Shown here in pieces: positions 10,601 through 21,809 of a stretch of 64,000 nucleotides of DNA. The notes below the pieces were generated by a model, which was not told where the DNA came from, did not search any database, and was given only the letters and a program-made list of their open reading frames with translations. The stretch is taken from NCBI GenBank assembly GCA_964016885.1, contig OZ024743.1, forward strand, positions 141,794,001 to 141,858,000, in the 5' to 3' direction. A program made the position numbers and the translations under genes. Source of the stretch: Eledone cirrhosa (taxonomy: Eukaryota). Position 1 is the stretch's first letter. Each line of letters begins with the position of its first letter.

Positions 10601-13600
10601 CTTGGTGCTTGGTGCTTGGTGTTTGGTGCTTGGTGTTTGATGCTGCGTGCTTGGTGTTTGGTGTTTGGTGCTTGGTGCTTGGTGTTTGGTGTTTGGAGCT
10701 TGGTGCCTGCTGCTTGTTGTTTGGTGTTTGGTGCTTGGTGCTTGGTGCTTGGTATCTGGTGTTTGGTGCTTGATGTCTGGTGTTTGGTGCTTGGTGCTTG
10801 GTGCTTGGTGTTTGGTGTTTGGTGCTTGGTGCTTGGTGTTTGGTGCTTGGTGTTTGGTGTTTTGTGTTTGGTGCTTGGTGCTTGGTGCCTGGTGCTTGTT
10901 GCTTGGTGCTTGTTGATTGGTGCTTGGTGCTTGGTGATTAGTGTTTGGTGCTTGGTGCGTGCGGTTTGATGTTTGGTGCTTGGGGTTTGGTGTTTGGTGC
11001 TTGGTGCTTGGTGTTTGGTGCTTGGTGCTTGGTGCTTGGTGCTTGGTGCTTGGTGTTTGGTGCTTGGTGTATGGTGCTTGGTGCTTGGTGCTTGGTGCTT
11101 GGTGTTAGGTGTTTGGTGCTTGGTGCTTGGTGTTTGATGTTTGGTCCTTGGTGCTTGGTGTTTGGTGTTTGTTGCTTGGTGCTTGGTGTTTGGTGTTTGG
11201 TGCTTGCTGCTTGCTGCTTGGTGTTTGGTGCTTGGTGATTGGTGCTTGGTGTTTTGTGCTTGCTGTTTGGTGTTTGGTGCTTGGTGCGTGGGACTTAGTG
11301 TTTGGTATTTGGTGCTTGGTGTTTGGTGCTTGGTGTTTGGTGCTTGGTGTTTGGGGCTTGGTGTTCGGTGCTTGGTGCTTGGTGCTTGGGGCTTGGTGTT
11401 TGGTGTTTGGTGCTTGGTGCTTGGTGTTTGATGTTGGGTCCTTGGTGCTTGGTGTTTGGTGTTTGGTGCTTGGTGTTTGGTGTTTGGTGCTTGGTGCTTG
11501 GAGTTTGGTGTTTGGTGCTTGGTGCATGGGGCTTGGTGTTTGGTGCTTGGTGCTTGGTGTTTGGTGCTTCTGCTTGGGGCTTGGTAGTTGGTGCTTGGTG
11601 CCTGGTGTTTGGTGTTTGGTGTTTGGTGCTTGGTGTATGGTGCTTGGTGCTTGGTGCTGGGTGGTTGGTGTTTGGTGCTTGGTGCTTGGTGTTTGGTGCT
11701 TGGTGCTTGGTGCTTGTTGTTTGGTGCTTGGTGCTTGGTGCTTGGTCTTTGGTGCATGGTGTTTGGTGTTTGGCGCTTGGTGCTTGGTGCTTCGTGATTG
11801 GTGCTTGGGGTTTGGTGGTTGGTGCTTGGTGCTTGGTGTTTGGTGTTTGGTGTTTGGTGTTTGGTGTTTGCTGTTTGGTGTCTGCTTTTTGGTGTTTGGT
11901 GTTTGCTGTATGGTGTTTGCTGTTTCGTATTTTGTTTTTGCTGTTTGGTGTTTGGTGTTTGCTGTTTGGTGTTTGGTGTTTGGTGTTTGGTGCTTGGTGC
12001 TTGGTGCTTGGTGTTTGGCGTTTGGTGCTTGGTGCTTGGTGTTTGGTGCTTCGTGCTTGGTGTTTGGTGTTTGGTGCTTGGTGCCTGGTGCTTGTTGTAT
12101 GGTGTTTGGTGCTTGGTGCTTGGTGTTTGGTGTTTGCTGCTTGGTGTCTGGTGTTTGGTGCTTGGTGTTTGGTGTTTGGTGCTTGGTGCTTGGTGTTTGG
12201 TGTTTGGTGCTTGGTGCTTGGTGTTTGGTGTTTGGTGCTGGGTGCATGGAGTTTGGTGCTTGGTGCTTAGTGCTTGGTGTTTGGTGTTTGGTGCTTGGTA
12301 TTTGGTGTTTGGTGTTTGATGCTTGGTGTGTGGTGCTTGGTGCTTGGTGTTTTGTGTTTGGTGCTTGGTGCTTGGTGACTGGTGCTTGGTGCTTGGTGCT
12401 TGTTGTTTGGTGCTTGGTGCTTGGTGATTAGTGTTTGGTGCTTGGTGCTTGGTGTTTGGTGCTTGGTGTTTGGTGCTTGGTGCCTGGTGCTTGGTGTTTG
12501 GTGTTTGATGCTTGGTGTTTGGTGTTTGGTGTTTGGTACTTGGTGTTCGGTGCTTGGTGCTTGGTGCTTGGTGCTTGGTGTTTGGTGTTTGGTGCTTGGT
12601 GCTTGGTGTTTGATGTTTGGTCCTTGGTGCTTGGTGTTTGGTGTTGTGTGCTTGGCGCTTGGTGGTTGGTGTTTGGTGCTTGGTGCTTGGTGCTTGGTGT
12701 TTGGCGTTTCCTGTTTGCTGTTTGGTGTTAGGTATTTGCTGTTTGGTGTTTGCTGTTTGGTGTTTGGTGTTTGGTGCTTGCTGTTTGGTGCTTGGTGCTT
12801 GGTGTATGGTGTTTGATGCTTGGTGTTTGGTGCTTGGTGCTTGGTGCTGGGTGTTTGGTGCTTGGTGCTTGGTGCTTGGTGATTGGTGCTTGGTGTTTGG
12901 TCCTTGGTGTTTGGTGCATGGTCTTTGGTGCTTGGGTTTTGATGTTTGGTGCTTGGTGCTTGGTGTTTGGTGCTTGGTGCTTGGTGCTTGGTGCTTGGTG
13001 TTTGGTGCTTGCTGCTTGGTGCTTGGTGTTTGGTGCTTGGTGCTTGGTGAGTAGTGTTTGGTGATTGGTGCTTGGGGTTTTGTGTTTGGGGCTTGGTGTT
13101 TGGTGCTTAGTGCTTGCTGTTTGGTGTTTGGTGTTTGGTTCTTGGTGCTTGGTGTTTGGTGTTTGGTGTTTGGTGCTTGGTGCTTGGTGCTTGGTGTTTG
13201 GTGCTTGGTGCTTGGTGCTTGGTGTTTGGTGCTGCGTGCTTGGTGTTTGGTGTTTGGTGCTTGGTGCCTGGTGCTTGTTGTTTGGTACTTGGTGCTTGGT
13301 GCTTGGTGCTTGGTGTTTGGTGCTTGGTGTTTGATGCTGCCTGCTTGGTGTTTGGTGTTTGGTGCTTGGTGCTTGGTGGCTGGTGTTTGGTGCTTGGTGT
13401 TTGGAGTTTGGTGCTTGGTGCTTGGTGCCTGGTGTTTCGTGCTTGGTGCTTGGTGCTTGGTGTTTGGTGTTTGGTGCTTGGTGTTTGGTGTTTGGTGTTT
13501 GGTACTTGGTGCTTGGTGCTTGGTGCTTGGTGTTTGGTGCTTGGTGTTTGATGCTGCCTGCTTGGTGTTTGGTGTTTGGCGCTTGGTGCTTGGTGTTTGG

Positions 13601-15569
13601 TGTTTGGTGCTTGGTGCTTGGTGCTTGGTATCTGGTGTTTGGTGCTTGATGTTTGGTGTTTGGTGCTTGGTGTTTTGTGTTTGGTGATTGGTGCTTGGTG
13701 CCTGGTGCTTGGTGCTTGGTGCTTGTTGTTTGGTGCTTGGTGCTTGGTGATTAGTGTTTGGTGCTTGGTGCTTGCGGTTTGGTGTTTGGTGCTTGGGGTT
13801 TGGTGCTTGGTGCTTGGTGCTTGGTGTTTGGTGCTTGGTGCTTGGTGTTTGGTGCTTGGTGCTTGGTGTTTGGTGTTTGGCGTTTGCTGTTTGCTGTTTG
13901 CTGTTTGGTGCTTGCTGTTTGGTGCTTGGTGCTTGGTGTTTGGTGTTTGGTGTTTTGTGCTTGGTGCTTGGTGTTTGGTGCTTGGTGCTTGGTGCTGTGT
14001 GTTTGGTGCTTGGTGCTTGGTGTTTGGTGCTTGGTGCTTGGTGCTTGGTGTTTGCTCCTTGGTGCTTGGTGCTTGGTCTTTGGTGCTTGGGTTTTGGTGT
14101 TTGGTGCATGGTGCTTGGTGTTTGGTGCTTGGTTCTTGGTGCTTGGTGCTTGGTGTTTGGTGATTGCTGCTTGGTGCTTGGTGTTTGGTGCTTGGTGCTT
14201 GGTGATTAGTGTTTGGTGATTGGTGCTTGGGGTTTGCTGTTTGGTGCTTGGTGTTTGGTGCTTGGTGCTTGCTGTTTGGTGTTTGGTGTTTGGTTCTTGG
14301 TGCTTGGTGTTTGGTGTTTGGTGTCTGGTGCTTGGTGCTTGGTGCTTGGTGTTTGGTGCTTGGTGCTTGGTGCTTGGTGTTTGGTGCTGCGTGCTTGGTG
14401 TTTGGTGCTTGGTGCTTGGTGATTAGTGTTTGGTGCTTTGTGTTTGGTGCTTGGTGTTTGGTGCTTGGTGCTTGGTGCTTAGTGCTTGGTGTTAGGTGTT
14501 TGGTGCTTGGTGATTGGTGTTTGATGTTAGGTACTTGGTGCTTGGTGTTTGGTGTTTGGTGCTTGGTGCTTGGTGTTTGGTGTTTGGTGCTTGGTGCTTG
14601 GTGCTTGGTGCTTGGTGTTAGGTGTTTGGTGCTTGGTGCTTGGTGTTTGGTGCTTGGTGCTTTGTGTTTGGTGCTTGGTGTTTGGTGCTTGGTGCTTGGT
14701 GCTTGGTGCTTGGTGTTAGGTGTTTGGTGTTTGGTGATTGGTGTTTGATGTTAGGTTCTTGGTGCTTGGTGTTTGGTGTTTGGTGCTTGGTGCTTGGTGT
14801 TTGGTGTTTGGTGCTTGGTGCTTGGTGCTTGGTGCTTGGTGTTTGGTGTTTGGTGTTTGATGCTTGGTGTTTGCTGCTTGGTGCTTGGTGCTTGGTGTTT
14901 TGTGTTTGGTGTTTGATGCTGCGTGCTTGGTGTTTGGTGTTTGGTGCTTGGTGCTTGGTGTTTGGTGTTTGGAGCTTGGTGCCTGGTGCTTGTTGTTTGG
15001 TGTTTGGCGCTTGGTGCTTGGTGTTTGGTGTTTGGTGCTTGGTGCTTGGTGCTTGGTATCTGGTGTTAGGTGCTTGATGTTTGGTGTTTGGTGCTTAGTG
15101 TTTGGTGTTTGGTGCATGGTGCTTGGTGTTTGGTGCTTGGTGTTTGGTGTTTGGTGTTTGATGCTTGGTGTTTGCTGCTGGCTGCTTGCTGCTTGGTGTT
15201 TGGTGCTAGGGGCTTGGTGCTTGGTGCTTGGTGTTTGGTGCTTGGTGCTTGGTGCCTGGTGCTTGGTGCTTGGTGCTTGTTGTTTGGTGCTTGGTGCTTG
15301 GTGATTAGTGTTTGGTGCTTGGTGCTTGAGGTTTGGTGTTTGGTGCTTGGGGTTTGGTGTTTGGTGCTTGGTGCTTGGTGTTTGGTGCTTGGTGCTTGGT
15401 GCTTGGTGTTTGGTGCTTGGTGCTTGGTGTTTGGTGCTTGGTGCTTGGTGTTTGGTGTTTGGCGTTTGCTGTTTGCTGTTTTGTGCTTGGTGCTTGGGGT
15501 TTGGTGTTTGGTGCTTGGTGCTTGGTGTTTGGTGCTTGGTGCTTGGTGCTGGGTGTTTGGTGTTTGGTG

Positions 15570-17720
15570 CTTGGTGTTTGGAGTTTGGTGCTTGGTGCTT
15601 GGTGCCTGGTGTTTCGTGCTTGGTGCTTGGTGCTTGGTGTTTGGTGTTTGGTGCTTGGTGTTTGGTGTTTGGTACTTGGTGCTTGGTGCTTGGTGCTTGG
15701 TGTTTGGTGCTTGGTGTTTGATGCTGCGTGCTTGGTGTTTGGTGTTTGGTGCTTGGTGCTTGGTGTTTGGTGTTTGGAGCTTGGTGCCTGCTTTTTGTTG
15801 TTTGGTGTTTGGTGCTTGGTGCTTGGTGCTTGGTATCTGGTGTTTGGTGCTTGATGTCTGGTGTTTGGTGCTTGGTGCTTGGTGCTTGGTGTTTGGTGTT
15901 TGGTGCTTGGTGCTTGGTGTTTGGTGCTTGGTGTTTGGTGTTTGGTGTTTGATGCTTGGTGTTTGCTGCTTGGTGCTTGGTGCTTGGTGTTTTGTGTTTG
16001 GTGCTTGGTGCTTGGTGCCTGGTGCTTGGTGCTTGGTGCTTTTTGTTTGGTGCTTGGTGCTTGGTGATTAGTGTTTGGTGCTTGGTGCTTGCGGTTTGAT
16101 GTTTGGTGCTTGGGGTTTGGTGTTTGGTGCTTGGTGCTTGGTGTTTGGTGCTTGGTGCTTGGTGCTTGGTGCTTGGTGCTTGGTGTTTGGTGCTTGGTGC
16201 TTGGTGTTTGGTGCTTGGTGTTTGGTGCTTGGTGCTTGGTGCTTGGTGTTAGGTGTTTGGTGCTTGGTGCTTGGTGTTTGATGTTTGGTCCTTGGTGCTT
16301 GGTGTTTGGTGTTTGTTGCTTGGTGCTTGGTGTTTGGTGTTTGGTGCTTGCTGCTTGCTGCTTGGTGATTGGTGCTTGGTGATTGGTGCTTGGTGTTTTG
16401 TGCTTGGTGCTTGGTGTTTGGTGTTTGGTGCTTGGTGCGTGGGACTTAGTGTTTGGTGTTTGGTGCTTGGTGTTTGGTGCTTGGTGTTTGGTGCTTGGTG
16501 TTTGGGGCTTGGTGTTCGGTGCTTGGTGCTTGGTGCTTGGGGCTTGGTGTTTGGTGTTTGGTGCTTGGTGCTTGGTGTTTGATGTTGGGTCCTTGGTGCT
16601 TGGTGTTTGGTGTTTGGTGCTTTGTGTTTGGTGTTTGGTGCTTGGTGCTTGGTGTTTGGTGTTTGGTGCTTGGTGCTTGGGGCTTGGTGTTTGGTGCTTG
16701 GTCCTTGGTGTTTGGTGCTTCTGCTTGGGGCTTGGTAGTTGGTGCTTGGTGCTTGGTGCCTGGTGTTTGGTGTTTGGTGTTTGGTGCTTGGTGTATGGTG
16801 CTTGGTGCTTGGTGCTGGGTGGTTGGTGTTTGGTGCTTGGTGCTTGGTGTTTGGTGCTTGGTGCTTGGTGCTTGTTGTTTGGTGCTTGGTGCTTGGTGCT
16901 TGGTCTTTGGTGCATGGTGTTTGGTGTTTGGCGCTTGGTGCTTGGTGCTTCGTGATTGGTGCTTGGGGTTTGGTGGTTGGTGCTTGGTGCTTGGTGTTTG
17001 GTGTTTGGTGTTTGGTGTTCGGTGTTTGCTGTTTGGTGTCTGCTTTTTGGTGTTTGGTGTTTGCTGTATGGTGTTTGCTGTTTCGTATTTGGTTTTTGCT
17101 GATTGGTGTTTGGTGTTTGCTGTTTGGTGTTTGGTGTTTGGTGTTTGGTGCTTGGTGCTTGGTGCTTGGTGTTTGGCGTTTGGTGCTTAGTGCTTGGTGT
17201 TTGGTGCTTCGTGCTTGGTGTTTGGTGTTTGGTGCTTGGTGCCTGGTGCTTGTTGTATGGTGTTTGGTGCTTGGTGCTTGGTGTTTGGTGTTTGCTGCTT
17301 GGTGTCTGGTGTTTGGTGCTTGGTGTTTGGTGTTTGGTGCTTGGTGCTTGGTGCTTGGTGTTTGGTGTTTGGTGCTTGGTGCTTGGTGTTTGGTGTTTGG
17401 TGCTGGGTGCATGGAGTTTGGTGCTTGGTGCTTAGTGCTTGGTGTGTGGTGCTTGGTGCTTGGTGTTTTGTGTTTGGTTCTTGGTGCTTGGTGACTGGTG
17501 CTTGATGCTTGGTGCTTGTTGTTTGGTGCTTGGTGCTTGGTGATTAGTGTTTGGTGCTTGGTGCTTGGTGTTTGGTGCTTGGTGTTTGGTGCTTGGTGCC
17601 TGGTGCTTGGTGTTTGGTGTTTGATGCTTGGTGTTTGGTGTTTGGTGTTTGGTACTTGGTGTTCGGTGCTTGGTGCTTGGTGCTTGGTGCTTGGTGTTTG
17701 GTGTTTGGTGCTTGGTGCTT
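15570..17720 (+). repeat. Dispersed ~2.1-kb block copied at ~24360-26575 (offset 8797, then 8860)
   Basis: ORF pairs 15728/24525 and 16071/24868 are offset by 8797; pairs 16453/25313, 16739/25599 and 17103/25963 by 8860. Shared rare variants are TTCTGC (16719/25579), GCGTGGGACTTAG and TTTTTGCTGATTGG. Confidence 0.9.
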
Positions 17721-20000
17721 GGTGTTTGATGTTTGGTCATTGGTGCTTGGTGTTTGGTGTTGTGTGCTTGGTGCTTGGTGGTTGGTGTTTGGTGCTTGGT
17801 GCTTGGTGCTTGGTGTTTGGCGTTTCCTGTTTGCTGTTTGGTGTTTGGTGTTTGCTGTTTGGTGTTTGTTGTTTGGTGTTTGGTGTTTGGTGCTTGCTGT
17901 TTGGTGCTTGGTGCTTGGTGTATGGTGTTTGGTGCTTGGTGTTTGGTGCTTGATGCTTGGTGCTGGGTGTTTGATGCTTGGTGCTTGGTGTTTGGTGCTT
18001 GGTGATTGGTGCTTGGTGTTTGGTCCTTGGTGCTTGGTGCATGGTCTTTGGTGCTTGGGTTTTGGTGTTTGGTGCTTGGTGCTTGGTGTTTGGTGCTTGG
18101 TGCTTGGTGCTTGGTGCTTGGTGTTTGGTGCTTGCTGCTTGGTGCTTGGTGTTTGGTGCTTGGTGCTTGGTGAGTAGTGTTTGGTGCTTGGTGCTTGGTG
18201 TTTGGTGCTTGGTGCTTGGTGTTTGGTGTTTGGTGTTTGCTGTTTGCTGTTTGCTGTTTGGTGCTTGCTGTTTGGTGCTTGGTGCTTGGTGTTTGGTGTT
18301 TGGTGTTTTGTGCTTGGTGCTTGGTGTTTGGTGCTTGGTGCTTCGTGCTGGGTGTTTGGTGCTTGGTGCTTGGTGTTTGGTGCTTGGTGCTTGGTGCTTG
18401 GTGTTTGGTGCTGCGTGCTTGGTGTTTGGTGTTCGGTGCTTGGTGCCTGGTGCTTGTTGTTTGGTGTTTGGTGCTTAGTGCTTGGTGTTTGGTGTTTGGT
18501 GCTTGGTGCTTGGTGGCTGGTGTTTGGTGCTTGGTGTTTGGAGTTTGGTGCTAGGTGCTTGGTGCCTGGTGTTTCGTGCTTGGTGCTTGGTGCTTGGTGT
18601 TTGGTGTTTGGTGCTTGGTGTTTGGTGTTTGGTACTTGGTACTTGGTGCTTGGTGCTTGGTGTTTGGTGCTTGGTATTTGATGCTGCCTGCTTGGTGTTT
18701 GGTGTTTGGTGCTTGGTGCTTGGTGTTTGGCGTTTGGAGCTCGGTGCCTGGTGCTTGTTGTTTGGTGTTTGGCGCTTGGTGCTTGGTATCTGGTGTTTGG
18801 TGCTTGATGTTTGGTGTTTGGTGCTTGGTGTTTTGTGTTTGGTGATTGGTGCTTGGTGCCTGGTGCTTGGTGCTTGGTGCTTGTTGTTTGGTGCTTGGTG
18901 CTTGGTGATTAGTGTTTGGTGCTTGGTGCTTGCGGTTTGCTGTTTGGTGCTTGGGGTTTGGTGCTTGGTGCTTGGTGCTTGGTGTTTGGTGCTTGGTGCT
19001 TGGTGTTTGGTGCTTGGTGCTTGGTGTTTGGTGTTTGGTGTTTGCTGTTTGCTGTTTGCTGTTTGGTGCTTGCTGTTTGGTGCTTGGTGCTTGGTGTTTG
19101 GTGTTTGGTGTTTTGTGCTTGGTGCTTGGTGTTTGGTGCTTGGTGCTTCGTGCTGGGTGTTTGGTGCTTGGTGCTTGGTGTTTGGTGCTTGGTGCTTGGT
19201 GCTTGGTGTTTGGTCCTTGGTGCTTGGTGCTTGGTCTTTGGTGCTTGGGTTTTGGTGTTTGGTGCTTGGTGCTTGGTGTTTGGTGCTTGGTTCTTGGTGC
19301 TTGGTGCTTGGTGTTTGGTGATTGCTGCTTGGTGCTTGGTGTTTGGTGCTTGGTGCTTGGTGATTAGTGTTTGGTGATTGGTGCTTGGGGTTTGCTGTTT
19401 GGTGCTTGGTGCTTGCTGTTTGGTGTTTGGTGTTTGGTTCTTGGTGCTTGGTGTTTGGTGTTTGGTGTCTGGTGCTTGGTGCTTGGTGCTTGGTGTTTGG
19501 TGCTTGGTGCTTGGTGCTTGGTGTTTGGTGCTGCGTGCTTGGTGTTTGGTGCTTGGTGCTTGGTGATTAGTGTTTGGTGCTTTGTGTTTGGTGCTTGGTG
19601 TTTGGTGCTTGGTGCTTGGTGCTTGGTGCTTGGTGTTAGGTGTTTGGTGCTTGGTGATTGGTGTTTGATGTTAGGTTCTTGGTGCTTGGTGTTTGGTGTT
19701 TGGTGCTTGGTGCTTGGTGTTTGGTGTTTGGTGCTTGGTGCTTGGTGCTTGGTGCTTGGTGTTAGGTGTTTGGTGCTTGGTGCTTGGTGTTTGGTGCTTG
19801 GTGCTTTGTGTTTGGTGCTTGGTGTTTGGTGCTTGGTGCTTGGTGCTTGGTGCTTGGTGTTAGGTGTTTGGTGCTTGGTGATTGGTGTTTGATGTTAGGT
19901 TCTTGGTGCTTGGTGTTTGGTGTTTGGTGCTTGGTGCTTGGTGTTTGGTGTTTGGTGCTTGGTGCTTGGTGCTTGGTGCTTGGTGTTAGGTGTTTGGTGC
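17480..20000 (+). repeat. Dispersed block copied at ~27460-29990 (offset 9980, then 9917)
   Basis: ORF pairs 17551/27531, 18482/28399, 18912/28829, 19367/29284 and 19766/29683. Shared markers are GGTCATT, GCGTTTCCTG and GAGTAGTGT. Confidence 0.85.
19570..20000 (+). repeat. 224-bp (32-monomer) doublet module marked by TTGATGT-TAGGTTC, reused throughout the right domain
   Basis: TAGGTTC is at 19672 and 19896; TAGGTGT is at 19637/19861 and 19763/19987. The same doublet recurs near 14.5, 22.0, 23.3, 29.6, 32.3, 34.9, 37.5, 39.3, 41.5, 46.3, 51.4, 54.1, 56.7 and 59.3 kb. Confidence 0.85.
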
Positions 20001-21809
20001 TTGGTGATGGGTGCTTGGTGTTTGGTCCTTGGTGCTTGGTGCATGGTCTTTGGTGCTTGGGTTTTGGTGTTTGGTGCTTGGTGCTTGGTGTTTGGTGCTT
20101 GGTGCTTGGTGCTTGGTGCTTGGTGTTTGGTGCTTGCTGCTTGGTGCTTGGTGTTTGGTGCTTGGTGCTTGGTGATTAGTGTTTGGTGATTGGTGCTTGG
20201 GGTTTGGTGTTTGGGGCTTGGTGTTTGGTGGTTAGTGCTTGCTATTTGGTGTTTGGTGTTTGGTTCTTGGTGCTTGGTGGCTGGTGTTTGGTGCTTGGTG
20301 CCTGTTGTTTGGTGTTTGGTGTTTGGTGCTTGGTGCTTGGTGGCTGGTGTTTGGTGCTTGGTGTTTGGAGTTTGGTGCTTGGTGCTTGGTGCCTGGTGTT
20401 TCGTGCTTGGTGCTTGGTGCTTGGTGTTTGGTGATTGGTGCTTGGTGTTTGGTGTTTGGTACTTGGTGCTTGGTGCTTGGTGCTTGGTGCTTGGTGTTTG
20501 ATGCTGCGTGCTCGGTGTTTGGTGTTTGGTGCTTGGTGCTTGGTGTTTGGTCTTTGGAGCTCGGTGCCTGGTGCTTGTTGTTTGGTGTTTGGCGCTTGGT
20601 GCTTGGTGTTTGGTGTTTGGTGCTTGGTGCTTGGTGTTTGGTGCTTGGTGCTTGGTGCTTGGTGTTTTGTGTTTGGTGATTGGTGCTTGGTGCCTGGTGC
20701 TTGGTGCTTGGTGCTTGTTGTTTGGTGCTTGGTGCTTGGTGATTAGTGTTTGGTGCTTGGTGCTTGCGGTTTGGTGTTTGGTGCTTGGGGTTTGGTGCTT
20801 GGTGCTTGGTGCTTGGTGTTTGGTGCTTGGTGCTTGGTGTTTGGTGCTTGGTGCTTGGTGTTTGGTGTTTGGCGTTTGCTGTTTGCTGTTTGGTGTTTGG
20901 TGCTTGCTGTTTGGTGCTTGGTGCTTGGTGTTTGGTGTTTGGTGTTTTGTGCTTGGTGCTTGGTGTTTGGTGCTTGGTGCTTGGTGCTGGGTATTTGGTG
21001 CTTGGTGCTTGGTGTTTGGTGCTTGGTGCTTGGTGCTTGGTGTTTGGTCCTTGGTGCTTGGTGCTTGGTCTTTGGTGCTTGGGTTTCGGTGTTTGGTGCT
21101 TGGTGCTTGGTGTTTGGTGCTTGGTTCTTGGTGCTTGGTGCTTGGTGTTTGGTGATTGCTGCTTGGTGCTTGGTGTTTGGTGCTTGGTGCTTGGTGATTA
21201 GTGTTTGGTGATTGGTGCTTGGGATTTGCTGTTTGGTGCTTGGTGTTTGGTGCTTGGTGCTTGATGTTTGGTGTTTGGTGTTTGGTTCTTGGTGCTTGGT
21301 GTTTGGTGTTTGGTGTCTGGTGCTTGGTGCTTGGTGCCTGGTGTTTGGTGCTTGGTGCTTGGTGCTTGGTGTTTGGTGCTGCGTGCTTGGTGTTTGGTGC
21401 TTGGTGCTTGGTGATTATTGTTTGGTGCTTTGTGTTTGGTGCTTGGTGTTTGGTGCTTGGTGCTTGGTGCTTGGTGCTTGGTGTTAGGTGTTTGGTGCTT
21501 GGTGATTGGTGTTTGATGTTAGGTTCTTGGTGCTTGGTGTTTGGTGTTTGGTGCTTGGTGCTTGGTGTTTGGTGTTTGGTGCTTGGTGCTTGGTGCTTGG
21601 TGCTTGGTGCTTGGTGCTTGGTGCTTGGTGTTTGGTGCTTGGTTCTTGGTGCTTGGTGCTTGGTGTTTGGTGATTGCTGCTTGGTGCTTGGTGTTTGGTG
21701 CTTGGTGCTTGGTGATTAGTGTTTGGTGATTGGTGCTTGGGATTTGCTGTTTGGTGCTTGGTGTTTGGTGCTTGGTGCTTGATGTTTGGTGTTTGGTGTT
21801 TGGTTCTTG

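Noticed and set aside
10441-14109. 1222-aa minus-strand ORF and other TKHQAP-repeat ORFs resembling mucin or cell-surface repeat proteins
   Set aside because: There is no non-repetitive domain, signal peptide or anchor. The ATG starts come from rare CAT variants, indels between copies are multiples of 7 rather than 3, and the minus strand is intrinsically stop-poor.
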